From IMG/VR virus record IMGVR_UViG_3300032069_000010, positions 749-64,748 of that record: a DNA stretch of 64,000 nucleotides; one strand, 5' to 3'. Source of the stretch: a virus (taxonomy: Duplodnaviria > Caudoviricetes). Positions 31,355-40,241 of this stretch are shown here, in pieces. Each line of letters begins with the position of its first letter. The stretch's first letter is position 1. Under the pieces are notes generated by a model. It saw only the letters and a program-made list of their open reading frames with translations, did not search any database and was not told the DNA's origin. The position numbers and the translations under genes are program-made.

Positions 31355-32077
31355 CTATGCCCTGCCCATCTTTGTTTCCTCATCTATTTCGATGAGAATC
31401 CGGTCAAGCCGTCCTTCGGCTCGAAGCTTATCCAAATACCATTCAGGCGGGCTTGCATCAGAATCTTGCCATCCAGGTGGGTAAAGTTTTGACCTCTTGA
31501 TGTCGATCATGATCATCTTTTTTACGTGGTCTAACGTAAACGGTATCTTTTTCGTTTGCGCCTGCTTATAGAAAAACCACAACTTATCGTTCATCGAACA
31601 TCGCTTGGCCACGATGCCATACTTCCCAAGACAAGAATCGGCTCGCCCTTTATCCCATCTTTTCTCTGGCGCCATCTTTGACCAAAACCGTTTCGAAACG
31701 GCAATCTTCCCTGCCACCTGAGAATAATCAAAATATTCGATGTCGTATGGGAATGCATAAAGAGGATCTTGCAGCCACCGTTCGGCCATTTTCTTTTTAC
31801 TATCTCTATCCTTTTTGGCTTTCGGATCGTACCCCCACTGAACCATTGCCTGACGTTCCATCTCTTTAAAGATTCTCCTCTGCATGTAATACCAATACAT
31901 CCGGACCAACGGCCTCGTCATTTTGGTCTGGATGTATTCTCTGCTATATCCATACTGATGGGCAAAGGCTTCGTAAATTTCGCCTAAGCTGGGGTAGGTT
32001 CGGTCTTCTGGGTCTTCTCCTCTGTCCCTGCTGAGGGCGCCTTCCCCATCCCTATCATCCCCAGCAGTTTCTGGAAA
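31355..32077 (-). CDS. tail assembly chaperone -1 frameshift extension (gpGT-like)
   Basis: The frame of ORF 31355-31921 stays open upstream through LGEIYEAFAHQYGYSREYI to slippery heptamer A AAT TTC at 32074-32080. Confidence 0.7.
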   Translation of the reverse strand, partial: FPETAGDDRDGEGALSRDRGEDPEDRTYPSLGEIYEAFAHQYGYSREYIQTKMTRPLVRMYWYYMQRRIFKEMERQAMVQWGYDPKAKKDRDSKKKMAERWLQDPLYAFPYDIEYFDYSQVAGKIAVSKRFWSKMAPEKRWDKGRADSCLGKYGIVAKRCSMNDKLWFFYKQAQTKKIPFTLDHVKKMIMIDIKRSKLYPPGWQDSDASPPEWYLDKLRAEGRLDRILIEIDEETKMGRA

Positions 32078-32532
32078 TTTTCTTGGCTTTCCTTGGGAAG
32101 CCCTTCACTGCTGAAGTTTTGCAGATAGAAGACCGCTGCAACGTGTTTCAATTGAAGAAGCGTGAGCTTACTTTTTACTTCCTCGACAGGAAGGTCAAGA
32201 ATCATGTGAATCCATTCGGGGACCTTTCCGCCCCCAATAATCGATTCAATAGGAGATCTTCTCATGTCAGAGAGCGTCTCCTTGTCTACTGGACATTCTT
32301 CGATCTTTTTTCCAACAGCATTTTTGACTACCTTTCCGCATTTCGGACACTTCCGGTCGGGGTTGAAAATATCATCGAAATATAGTGCGATGTCTTTCGA
32401 CACCAGCTCTAACTGGCCTTCCCATAACGGGTAAAGCTCGTACGCCTTTTCTCCAATCACAATAATTCGTTTATTTTGTTCTGGTAACAATACTGCCAAT
32501 TCATCCGGCACAGGAACTTCTTTTGCACCCAT
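31984..32532 (-). CDS. tail assembly chaperone (gpG-like) with zinc ribbon
   Basis: Position before tape measure; in-frame slippery site; CPKC..CPVD. Confidence 0.7.
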   Translation of the reverse strand: MGAKEVPVPDELAVLLPEQNKRIIVIGEKAYELYPLWEGQLELVSKDIALYFDDIFNPDRKCPKCGKVVKNAVGKKIEECPVDKETLSDMRRSPIESIIGGGKVPEWIHMILDLPVEEVKSKLTLLQLKHVAAVFYLQNFSSEGLPKESQENFQKLLGMIGMGKAPSAGTEEKTQKTEPTPA

Positions 32533-32595
32533 CGTCGTCTCCTCTTCCGGAGCTTAGGGGAAGCCATCTTCCCCTTCTCGCCCCTTCATTAAAGG

Positions 32596-33471
32596 TTATG
32601 CAATCGTGACCTTTGCAGTCCAACCAAGCGCGCTCTCGTTGACCTTCACCATCCCGGCAGCATCTTTCGCCACCACGCAGATGAAATAATCACCAGCAGT
32701 CAAGGTCGCTAGCTCCATCGTTGATTCGTTGAAATACTGGGTGAGGTTCACGTTCGTTGAAGCCAGGCTTGCCGCCCTGTCTGCCACCGACGGAAGATCG
32801 TTCGGCTCGATTACCGACGGCTGATTATCTACCTTAAAAGCGTAGATGTCGTAATACTGAATGACTACATCGCTCGGCTTTGTCCAACTGACATTGATTC
32901 CGCTAGCCACCGTTCCCGTTGCGGTCACTCCGGTCGGTGTGGTCGGTTTTTCAAGCTGTGCCTTAATCCCCAACTGGCTGTTCTCGCCAAGCGGAGACGC
33001 AAAGGAATTCGCCTGCTGGACAATCCACCCGACTTTGCAATCCACACCGAGAGCTCCTTCGCCCGTAGCTGGAATGGTAAAGTCGGCGCCAACCGCAGTC
33101 GGGATAAACCAATCTTTCATCGACCCATACTTATCCATCACAATGCATGGGACATTTGCCACAAACCCCTGAACGTTGGCCGCAGGCGTAACGCTCAGCG
33201 TGACGCCATTCGCTGTGAAAGCGGTATCAATTAATGACTGAACGATGTTCCTTCGGATTCCAGAAGGTCTCCCATCAAGAAGATCCGCAATCAGATCGTC
33301 GATATTCTCCATAATCGACTGCGCCCCCGATGCGGTCGCCTTTAAGAAAAAGTTTTCCGTGGCCCCCTCTTCGGTATCGACCCGGTAGCGCTCAATATCC
33401 ACGGCCACCTGAGTGGTTACCTGCGCCCCTGTGACAGGGTTCGTATACTCTACTGAAATATTCTTTGACAT
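32596..33471 (-). CDS. tail structural protein with C-terminal Fn3-like domain
   Basis: PTTPTGVTAT..INVSWT..YYDIY..YFICVVAKD; followed by hairpin GGGGAAG-CCAT-CTTCCCC. Confidence 0.65.
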   Translation of the reverse strand: MSKNISVEYTNPVTGAQVTTQVAVDIERYRVDTEEGATENFFLKATASGAQSIMENIDDLIADLLDGRPSGIRRNIVQSLIDTAFTANGVTLSVTPAANVQGFVANVPCIVMDKYGSMKDWFIPTAVGADFTIPATGEGALGVDCKVGWIVQQANSFASPLGENSQLGIKAQLEKPTTPTGVTATGTVASGINVSWTKPSDVVIQYYDIYAFKVDNQPSVIEPNDLPSVADRAASLASTNVNLTQYFNESTMELATLTAGDYFICVVAKDAAGMVKVNESALGWTAKVTIA

Positions 33472-33489
33472 TTTCCTTCTCCTTTCTTT

Positions 33490-33774
33490 TTAAGATGAAA
33501 CATGCCTTTGCATATTGATTTGGGCGTTGTAGAGATCGAGCGCCTCATGAATCGCTGTTCTGCTAACATCTCCGACAATCACCCACCCATCGACGGCTTC
33601 GGCTTCTTTCGCCTCAATTTCAGATTGAAGCTCCGCCGTCGTTATCCAGTAAAACCGATACACTTTTCTCTCGATAAACCCCAACTCCTGAACGACAGAT
33701 TCACCGTCAATCGTCGGCAGTTCGGTTCGTCTCTTCGTCTTAAAGGGCTTATCAAAAACGGTTGAATAAGCCAT
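33490..33774 (-). CDS. tail-region hypothetical protein
   Basis: AGGAG RBS directly after CRISPR-like repeat. Confidence 0.65.
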   Translation of the reverse strand: MAYSTVFDKPFKTKRRTELPTIDGESVVQELGFIERKVYRFYWITTAELQSEIEAKEAEAVDGWVIVGDVSRTAIHEALDLYNAQINMQRHVSS

Positions 33775-33789
33775 CCTTAGCTCCTACGC

Positions 33790-33821
33790 GTTTCAATCCA
33801 CGCGCCCACATGGGGCGCGAC
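33790..33821 (-). CRISPR. solitary type I-C CRISPR repeat
   Basis: GTCGCGCCCCATGTGGGCGCGTGGATTGAAAC, 32 nt, perfect stem CGCGCCC/GGGCGCG and I-C 3' end TGGATTGAAAC; intergenic. Confidence 0.85.
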
Positions 33822-33839
33822 GACAAAAAAATGCTTCTC

Positions 33840-34577
33840 TTATGGCGTTGCAGACGAATCATAGATTTCTACGGTTTCCTCTACGTTCGCCTTGTCTGTT
33901 CCGTTAAGAGTCGTCGTCCTAGTGAGCTTGTACCAATCACTAATCGCATCAAGCTCGACTTCCGTGAACAACTGCGGGCTTATCATGTTCTGCTGAGCAT
34001 TTGCCACCGTGTTGCCGATATACTTTGTCAGCTCAACCGTGAACTTCTGCCAATCCGTCACGCTCTTGCTTACTTCGACACGGCTCACGTAAAGGCCACT
34101 CTCCTGGATTGCAGGTGAATCTCCTACCGCAGGCTTAATCAGCACTTCTCCTGCATACGTATTTCCTCTATCAGCAGGTTGCATCCCCGCAGGCGGATCA
34201 CCTCTCCCGTTGATCGTGATCGTAATCTTCTTCCGAAAGAAAATAAGCCCATTTGCATAGGTGAGCTTATCCCCAAGGGCAGGGGACGTTTCAGGCTGAG
34301 TTGCAATCATGTGCGGAGTTGTGCACTGCTCTTCTTCAGCCATCGTCACTGTATCCAACGGAACGCCAAGACTATTCCGTGTCGGATCGTCAGACTTGCC
34401 AATCCCATAAGTCTGAGCGCAAAACGATGGATTCCCTCTTCTCAGGTTATCAGTAAACTTCAAGGAGAAAATATCGGTCTCGAATCCATCCCGAAATTCC
34501 AACTGGTCAGTCAAAAAGCCATGCGTTTCAGCTTCAACCGAACCTGCTGCGCCGAATTTGGGCCACGCTGCACACAT
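33840..34577 (-). CDS. tail structural protein (possible tail tube)
   Basis: Thr-rich beta protein following the tail-terminator-like gene. Confidence 0.5.
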   Translation of the reverse strand: MCAAWPKFGAAGSVEAETHGFLTDQLEFRDGFETDIFSLKFTDNLRRGNPSFCAQTYGIGKSDDPTRNSLGVPLDTVTMAEEEQCTTPHMIATQPETSPALGDKLTYANGLIFFRKKITITINGRGDPPAGMQPADRGNTYAGEVLIKPAVGDSPAIQESGLYVSRVEVSKSVTDWQKFTVELTKYIGNTVANAQQNMISPQLFTEVELDAISDWYKLTRTTTLNGTDKANVEETVEIYDSSATP

Positions 34578-35374
34578 AGTAAATCCCTCCTTTCCAATAA
34601 ATTCTGGAAATAGCTCTTCCAGTATTCCCTGTTTTTATTAACTTTGACGTTACAACTAAGGCATAACGTCACCAAATTTTGGGGATCACAATTCTCTTTC
34701 TTGTAATCGATGTGATGGAGCCCTAAACCCTTGAACTGCTTCTTCCCACAAAGTTGGCATGTAAAATCATCTCTCCTTTTTATCTTATTCTTGAGACTGC
34801 CGTTAAACTCAGGCGTGTATGGCAAAAAAGATACACCACCGAGCCATACGGGCGACTTTTCACCACTCATTCCATACATTGGGTTCTTCTCGCCACTAAC
34901 TCTCTCAGAATATTGCCTTCTTTGCTCATCAGTTAAATTAAAACTCACACCAAGTTTATTCCCACCCTTATAGCCAGGCTTCCTCCACAGCTTCTTCACA
35001 GAAGCACTTACTTTCCCTGCAAGCGTGCGGACCCTTTCATCATTATCTTTTGTTTTGCCAGCATTCCAAGGAACTTGTCCAGTTTTCTTCCCTTTATTCC
35101 ATGCTGGTTTTCCACCAAACCTTGATCGTCTTGTTCTTTCTTCTTTGGCGGTTCTCTCCTCTGGTGTCATCGCGGCACGTAACCGGTTCCTTTTCCGTCT
35201 GGCCCACTCCACCTTATATTCCCTTTGATCAATCGTTCTTCGGGCAAGACCATGCTTCACACCGTTATGCCCGTGAATGAATCTGTAAGGCTCGCCCTTA
35301 ACCATCCCCTTACTTGGACGGTTTCTTTTTGCAATCGGGGCCGGTTTTCCACACCCGCATTCACATAGCTTCAT
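34511..35374 (-). CDS. free-standing HNH homing endonuclease with NUMOD3-like repeats
   Basis: CECGCG, PAWNKG/PWNAGK, GEKNPMYG, CQLCG..LHHIDY..NLVTLCLSCN; ATGA overlap with upstream gene. Confidence 0.85.
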   Translation of the reverse strand: MKLCECGCGKPAPIAKRNRPSKGMVKGEPYRFIHGHNGVKHGLARRTIDQREYKVEWARRKRNRLRAAMTPEERTAKEERTRRSRFGGKPAWNKGKKTGQVPWNAGKTKDNDERVRTLAGKVSASVKKLWRKPGYKGGNKLGVSFNLTDEQRRQYSERVSGEKNPMYGMSGEKSPVWLGGVSFLPYTPEFNGSLKNKIKRRDDFTCQLCGKKQFKGLGLHHIDYKKENCDPQNLVTLCLSCNVKVNKNREYWKSYFQNLLERRDLLCVQRGPNSAQQVRLKLKRMAF

Positions 35375-35847
35375 GGCAAAACTGATTCTCTCCAAACATA
35401 GACGTTAAATTCAATCGCTTGCACGTTCACTGTCTCGCCGGCAGCTTCTGGCAGTGGGCGTGAACCGCGATACCTTGGAATCAGCACGTTTCCAGTCGGT
35501 ATGGGGTTATTTTCATCATTACTAAAATCGAGCAGGTCAATCGTATCGACATTCAATTCCTCTTGGACCTCGTCAACCATCTTGGAAAGCTCAACCCCAT
35601 ACCTGTCCTTCTCTATGATCGTGTTGCAATTAATTTGCAAAAGACTCACGCTGAAAATCCCAGGACCAACCCTCAACCAATAAATGTCAATCCACTTCCA
35701 GTAATCAGTCACCTTCTGCGCAATCCGTTGCTGAAGCGTTTCGTCCCCAGGCGCCGAATAGTTGACATAGTAGTTAGCTGAAAGGCGTTCCCAGACAAAC
35801 TTGTTAAAACTCCTTTTGATATTCAGCTCACGGTCTTTTGCAAGCAT
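35371..35847 (-). CDS. tail terminator/completion-like protein
   Basis: Position and size in the neck/tail module. Confidence 0.5.
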   Translation of the reverse strand: MLAKDRELNIKRSFNKFVWERLSANYYVNYSAPGDETLQQRIAQKVTDYWKWIDIYWLRVGPGIFSVSLLQINCNTIIEKDRYGVELSKMVDEVQEELNVDTIDLLDFSNDENNPIPTGNVLIPRYRGSRPLPEAAGETVNVQAIEFNVYVWRESVLP

Positions 35848-36052
35848 TAAAACCCCTTAGCTCTTAACTCCTCGAAAATGGCTCCAAACTTTTCTGTCTG
35901 AAACTTAATCTTTTCAAAAGCATCCTCGGTGCCATAAATCCCTCTTTCGTGGAGTCGGATTATTGCATCAATAGTTAAATACAAGCTCCTCAATTCACCC
36001 GCCCATTCAATAAACTGCTTAACCAATTCATGAAACTCCCTAAAAACTTAAT

Positions 36053-36502
36053 TCAACCCCAAACGTCCCTGATATTATTTAGAAGCCTTTCCGCAATCTC
36101 CTTGGCAGACTTATCAAGATCATCCTGTGTAAGCCTTACAAACCCTAACGGCTTCGTCCCTGGATGAAAAACCCTATGAGCAAAAATCGTCTCTCCATCA
36201 ATTTCAAACTTCAATGCTCCGCCTTCCTTCGCCTCGATAACGTGAGGTCGTGTCCCAAACTCAAGATACGTTACTTCTTTCTCCTTACCATCAGGGCTAA
36301 TCTCCCAAACAATTGCATCCTGCGCCTTGTGATAGTGAATCGTCCACGAATCAGACGTTTTGCCTGTTTTCCTTGGCGTTCTTGCCGCAATAACTGTCAA
36401 AAAATACGTGGCAAGGGCATACGCTTGAGTCTCGGCGACAGAAAAAAGTCTCAATGTTCTTCTGATCTTTTCCTGCAACTCTCTCGTCTCAACACTTATC
36501 AA
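36053..36502 (-). CDS. HK97 gp10-like neck/tail completion protein
   Basis: TPRKTG, YLEFGTRPHVI, VFHPGTKP. Confidence 0.8.
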   Translation of the reverse strand: MISVETRELQEKIRRTLRLFSVAETQAYALATYFLTVIAARTPRKTGKTSDSWTIHYHKAQDAIVWEISPDGKEKEVTYLEFGTRPHVIEAKEGGALKFEIDGETIFAHRVFHPGTKPLGFVRLTQDDLDKSAKEIAERLLNNIRDVWG

Positions 36503-36909
36503 ACTGCCCTCGCAATCACAGTGCTACGCCCAATATCCACATCTGAATACCGAGTCTGTGTGACCTTGTACGTCTTCCCTTGATACAAGATTTCATCCGT
36601 ATCCTTCACTTCCTCATAAAAAATAAACATCATGTCGGTCAGCTCAATTTTCCCCCTGCTCGCCATCACTTCCCTTGTGCTAACCCTCGAAACGTAAACA
36701 TCGAGATCGGCAAGGTTAGGCGCCAATTCAGTAGTAGGCTCAATGCCGAGATCTGGTCTTCCTTCCAGAGTAACAGTATACCGTAGAATATCCGCCTTTT
36801 TATTAAACTGAATGCTCCTCAATACGTCCCAGCCTCTTCTGAGCAACGTCCCAACTTCAATCGCTTGTTCTTCGCTCAGCCCATCGTTCGTTTCGGGAAC
36901 TTTCCCCAT
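36499..36909 (-). CDS. head closure-like protein
   Basis: DEILYQGKTYKV pattern; synteny. Confidence 0.55.
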   Translation of the reverse strand: MGKVPETNDGLSEEQAIEVGTLLRRGWDVLRSIQFNKKADILRYTVTLEGRPDLGIEPTTELAPNLADLDVYVSRVSTREVMASRGKIELTDMMFIFYEEVKDTDEILYQGKTYKVTQTRYSDVDIGRSTVIARAV

Positions 36910-36912
36910 GGC

Positions 36913-37626
36913 CTACCCCACTATAAAAACAGACCCGCTAAATTTCTTCTCGAACCGCTCCTTAAAATTCTGAGCTTCTTTCATTAGCGAATCAGACGTT
37001 GCGCCAAACGACACTGACTCTCCATATCCAGAAACGGACTGAATCTCATTTCCTTTTTTGCTTGCCATCATCTCTTTGGCTTCGCCCTTAGCCCACAGAA
37101 GGACAGTATCAACCTCATCTTCAGGGATACTCGACGCCGTATGGCGCTTCGTCCAAAGAAAATAAACTTTCTGCACCTGTGATGGCGCTGGAATCAATGT
37201 CAAAATCTTCTCTGACTGACTGTACTCAAAATCACCTTCGAACATCCGTTTATACTGTTCCAGACGTTGTATATACTGCGTCCAGAGTGACGGATTTTCA
37301 AAAAGGCTTAACCCTTCAAGCCTTCCCAACGAAGCAGTCTCGGGCCAATGCTCCTCTGAAACAAACTCACAATTAACCGAGTAAAAAACATCCTTCACCT
37401 TGATAATCCGTTCCTTAGCAGACAAGTCATACGTCGCTACGTCTTTCGTTGTCATAAGCGAGTCTAGGACCTTAATTGGCTTATATTTTGAGAATTCCCT
37501 GATAGCGCTCTCGATAGCATCGTTAGCCTGCTCCTCATTAAATTGCGTCAGCGTAGGATTCCCAATCTGCCTTCTAAGCTTATCCCTTAACTCTTCAAAT
37601 TTGGATTCATCAATGGTTATTGCCAT
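36913..37626 (-). CDS. head-tail connector/neck protein
   Basis: LRRQIGNP..DAIESAI..LTLIPAP, T4 gp13-like pattern; synteny. Confidence 0.6.
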   Translation of the reverse strand: MAITIDESKFEELRDKLRRQIGNPTLTQFNEEQANDAIESAIREFSKYKPIKVLDSLMTTKDVATYDLSAKERIIKVKDVFYSVNCEFVSEEHWPETASLGRLEGLSLFENPSLWTQYIQRLEQYKRMFEGDFEYSQSEKILTLIPAPSQVQKVYFLWTKRHTASSIPEDEVDTVLLWAKGEAKEMMASKKGNEIQSVSGYGESVSFGATSDSLMKEAQNFKERFEKKFSGSVFIVG

Positions 37627-37948
37627 TTAACATCTCCTTCTCTTTCACAAGGATTGCATCGAGCACATCCTGATTCGTTTCCTCTTGCCCAAGCTTATCC
37701 AAATCCTCAAGGCTTGAAGCGACCCTAACTTGGGCAAGCTTTCTACGGATCTTCTTCCCTTCATCGACGTCAGCCAAAAGCCTGGCCCGCTCCTTCTCCT
37801 TATTGATAAGAGCCCTTACATCCAATATCCCGCTCATATCTTCGACGTAACTTTCTCCGGCCTTTAATTGAATCGGATTAAAGTGTCTGTCATAAAACAC
37901 CTGGGTGATTTTCGTCTCGTTCTTAAAAACTCTTGTCTTCGTCGCCAT
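37610..37948 (-). CDS. hypothetical head-region protein
   Basis: AAGGAGGT RBS. Confidence 0.65.
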   Translation of the reverse strand: MATKTRVFKNETKITQVFYDRHFNPIQLKAGESYVEDMSGILDVRALINKEKERARLLADVDEGKKIRRKLAQVRVASSLEDLDKLGQEETNQDVLDAILVKEKEMLNGNNH

Positions 37949-37953
37949 TTTGC

Positions 37954-38598
37954 TTACCTCCTTGAGAAGATTTTATTTCCATACGTCTCAAATACTTGCA
38001 CATATCCAAACCTGCCAAAGATTTCTCCATACTCAATGGTCTCTTCCCGTTGGGCAACATCAATTTGATAATGCTCCCAAAGCGGCCTTTCCCTCTCAAC
38101 CACAATTACTCTCGGTCTATAACTGCTCCCCTCGAGAAGGTTTTTTATTATCCTGTAATCCAGTCCTTCCGTGTCTACAGACAGCAAGTCAAAATCGATC
38201 GGAACCCGTTCCTCATCCAGAACATCGGGCAATGTTCTCGTCACAATCTCTTTTTTCCCCTGGGATTCTTGCTCAAAAACTAAGGAACTCTGTCCTGGCG
38301 TTTCGTGTATATATCCTGTCGCAACTCCCCTCGAGTCGGCTATCGCAATATTCAGGATCTTGATGTTTTTTCTTTCTTTCACTGCCTCTCTCAACGGATT
38401 CCAAAAAACTTCAATTGGCATTGGCTCAATTAAAAGACCTCCCCAATTGTCGGACACAATCAAGTCGTAAGTATTTGACAGCTCAATTCCAAAAGCCCCC
38501 ACATCGACAAACAATTTGTATTTCGGGGCCACTCCGTCAAAGTACTTTCTCAGAAAATTTCCTTCTCCAAACTCGCTATGATCAATCTCATTCATCAC
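37954..38598 (-). CDS. FkbM family methyltransferase
   Basis: FVDVGA, GLLIEP, FDLLSVDTEGLD, RPRVIVVE. Confidence 0.9.
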   Translation of the reverse strand: MMNEIDHSEFGEGNFLRKYFDGVAPKYKLFVDVGAFGIELSNTYDLIVSDNWGGLLIEPMPIEVFWNPLREAVKERKNIKILNIAIADSRGVATGYIHETPGQSSLVFEQESQGKKEIVTRTLPDVLDEERVPIDFDLLSVDTEGLDYRIIKNLLEGSSYRPRVIVVERERPLWEHYQIDVAQREETIEYGEIFGRFGYVQVFETYGNKIFSRR

Positions 38599-39107
38599 GT
38601 TCTCCTTATCACAATCTCAAAACTGTACTTATCCACGTGAGCACTTTCATAAACAACTACACACGAAACGCCCAGGGATGAAAGTACCCGCTTTACGTAA
38701 TCCAAGCTGAAATTTGAAACCTTGTGCGCCTTGTTATAACCCTGCCCCGTCAATCTACAGTGATCTCTATACTTCTGTTCATCAGGACAATACAGGATCA
38801 AAAACCCACCCGGCTTGATAACCCTTAGCCATTCCATTAATACAGGGCCAGTCTCTCCTTCTGGAAAATCTTCAAGCAGATGGGACGAATAAACATAGTC
38901 CAGCACCCCATCTTTGAACCAATATAAATTCCTGGCATCTCCGTGGAGATTCTGTGCACTATCTCCCATTTTGGCATAGGGAATATCCAAATCTACTGTA
39001 ATTGCACCTGGCACAATCGGGTCTCCCCCAAATCCTATGTCCAATCCATCGCCGGCACAAAACTCTTTAAGCCTTTCTCTGCATTTGCTTGATTCAGATG
39101 GACACAA
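38595..39107 (-). CDS. class I SAM methyltransferase (Methyltransf_11-like)
   Basis: GLDIGFG, DYVYSSHLLED, EWLRVIKPGG. Confidence 0.9.
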   Translation of the reverse strand: MCPSESSKCRERLKEFCAGDGLDIGFGGDPIVPGAITVDLDIPYAKMGDSAQNLHGDARNLYWFKDGVLDYVYSSHLLEDFPEGETGPVLMEWLRVIKPGGFLILYCPDEQKYRDHCRLTGQGYNKAHKVSNFSLDYVKRVLSSLGVSCVVVYESAHVDKYSFEIVIRRT

Positions 39108-39119
39108 TTTTCATCTCCA

Positions 39120-40175
39120 CTACGAAAACACGAGCCTCGAAAGTCCTGTTTTTATCTCCTGAATAATTCTCTCTGTGTCCGACTTCCTTAGGCAATCAAC
39201 GGTTCCTTTACACCGGGTCTGTCTTCCAAAGCAAGACTCACAGCCAACCATCTCTGCCAGGTCGATCGAGTGATAATTTCTATGATGAGCCATCTTCTCT
39301 TTAGCCCTCGTATGTCCAAACATGGCAATAATCGGAGTCTTTGTGCAGTGGGCAATCCATAAAGCACCACTATCCATCGTTATGGCAACGTCAGCGCTGT
39401 CTATAAGCGCAGCAGCTTCATGGAAGGTCGTCTGTCCGGCAAGATTGCAAATACCTTTTACTTTAATGTCTTGCTTGAAATTGTGGATCATAACCACCGA
39501 ACAAACCTTCGACAGTTCGTCGGCTATCCTTATTACCTTCTCTAAAGGAAAACTATTAAACCACATCGCTCCAGATAGTTGCATAACAGCGACAGGCCTT
39601 CCATTTTCCCTACGCGTCTCAACGATCGTTTTTGCCCAGTTTTTTTCGACATCACTGTACGGGAGCGAAAAGATTGGTTCCTTCGGAACAGGCCAACCGA
39701 CAAAATCGCAGTTAATATCCAACCTGTGTTTATAGCTATAGGCATCCCCGGCGTGGTCCTTTTCAACGACGCCATCCAGATAATACCCGACGTCATAACG
39801 CTGGAACTGGACGCTATTTTTCCCGATCGTCTTCACCAAATCCCAATACTTAAAAAGGCTCAAAAACCCATCAGCGGTAGCAAGCACCACCTTGCTCTCC
39901 GGATAGGCTTCTTTCAACGAATTGATAAGGGGAGTTAAAACGAGAATGTCGCCGAGCGCGTAGGTTCTCCACAGACAAATGGTGGCATCTGGATTCCGCC
40001 GCATGAATTCATCAAGGCGCACCCCATCGGAAAGACTCGGCAGATGAATGGATGCCACTGCCTCATCGTCAAAACAAAAACGTGGAAACACGGTTACCGG
40101 CTCCATGCTTGGGAACCGATAAAATACTTCTACTAACTTTGACGCATTGAATCTCATCGTTACCTCCACACCCAA
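39120..40175 (-). CDS. glycosyltransferase family 9 (heptosyltransferase-like)
   Basis: ALGDILVLTP, AALIDSADVAITMDSGALWIA, IAMFGHT. Confidence 0.88.
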   Translation of the reverse strand: MGVEVTMRFNASKLVEVFYRFPSMEPVTVFPRFCFDDEAVASIHLPSLSDGVRLDEFMRRNPDATICLWRTYALGDILVLTPLINSLKEAYPESKVVLATADGFLSLFKYWDLVKTIGKNSVQFQRYDVGYYLDGVVEKDHAGDAYSYKHRLDINCDFVGWPVPKEPIFSLPYSDVEKNWAKTIVETRRENGRPVAVMQLSGAMWFNSFPLEKVIRIADELSKVCSVVMIHNFKQDIKVKGICNLAGQTTFHEAAALIDSADVAITMDSGALWIAHCTKTPIIAMFGHTRAKEKMAHHRNYHSIDLAEMVGCESCFGRQTRCKGTVDCLRKSDTERIIQEIKTGLSRLVFS

Positions 40176-40182
40176 GATAAGG

Positions 40183-40229
40183 GAGCAGGGCGAGCTGCAA
40201 TCAATTGCAACCCACAGCCCACCCTGCTC
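40183..40229 (-). terminator. hairpin after major capsid gene
   Basis: GAGCAGGG/CCCTGCTC stem enclosing TGCAATCAATTGCAA; weak U-tract. Confidence 0.45.
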
Positions 40230-40241
40230 GGGGGGATTATC

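Noticed and set aside
31316-33821. True CRISPR array
   Set aside because: Only two non-identical repeats 2.4 kb apart enclosing whole genes; no spacers or cas genes.
35847-36057. Stop-codon recoding (TTG AAT TAA GTT...) in a small tail-region ORF
   Set aside because: An alternative TTG start at 36026 with an AGGGAG RBS explains the ORF, and other genes use all three stop codons normally.
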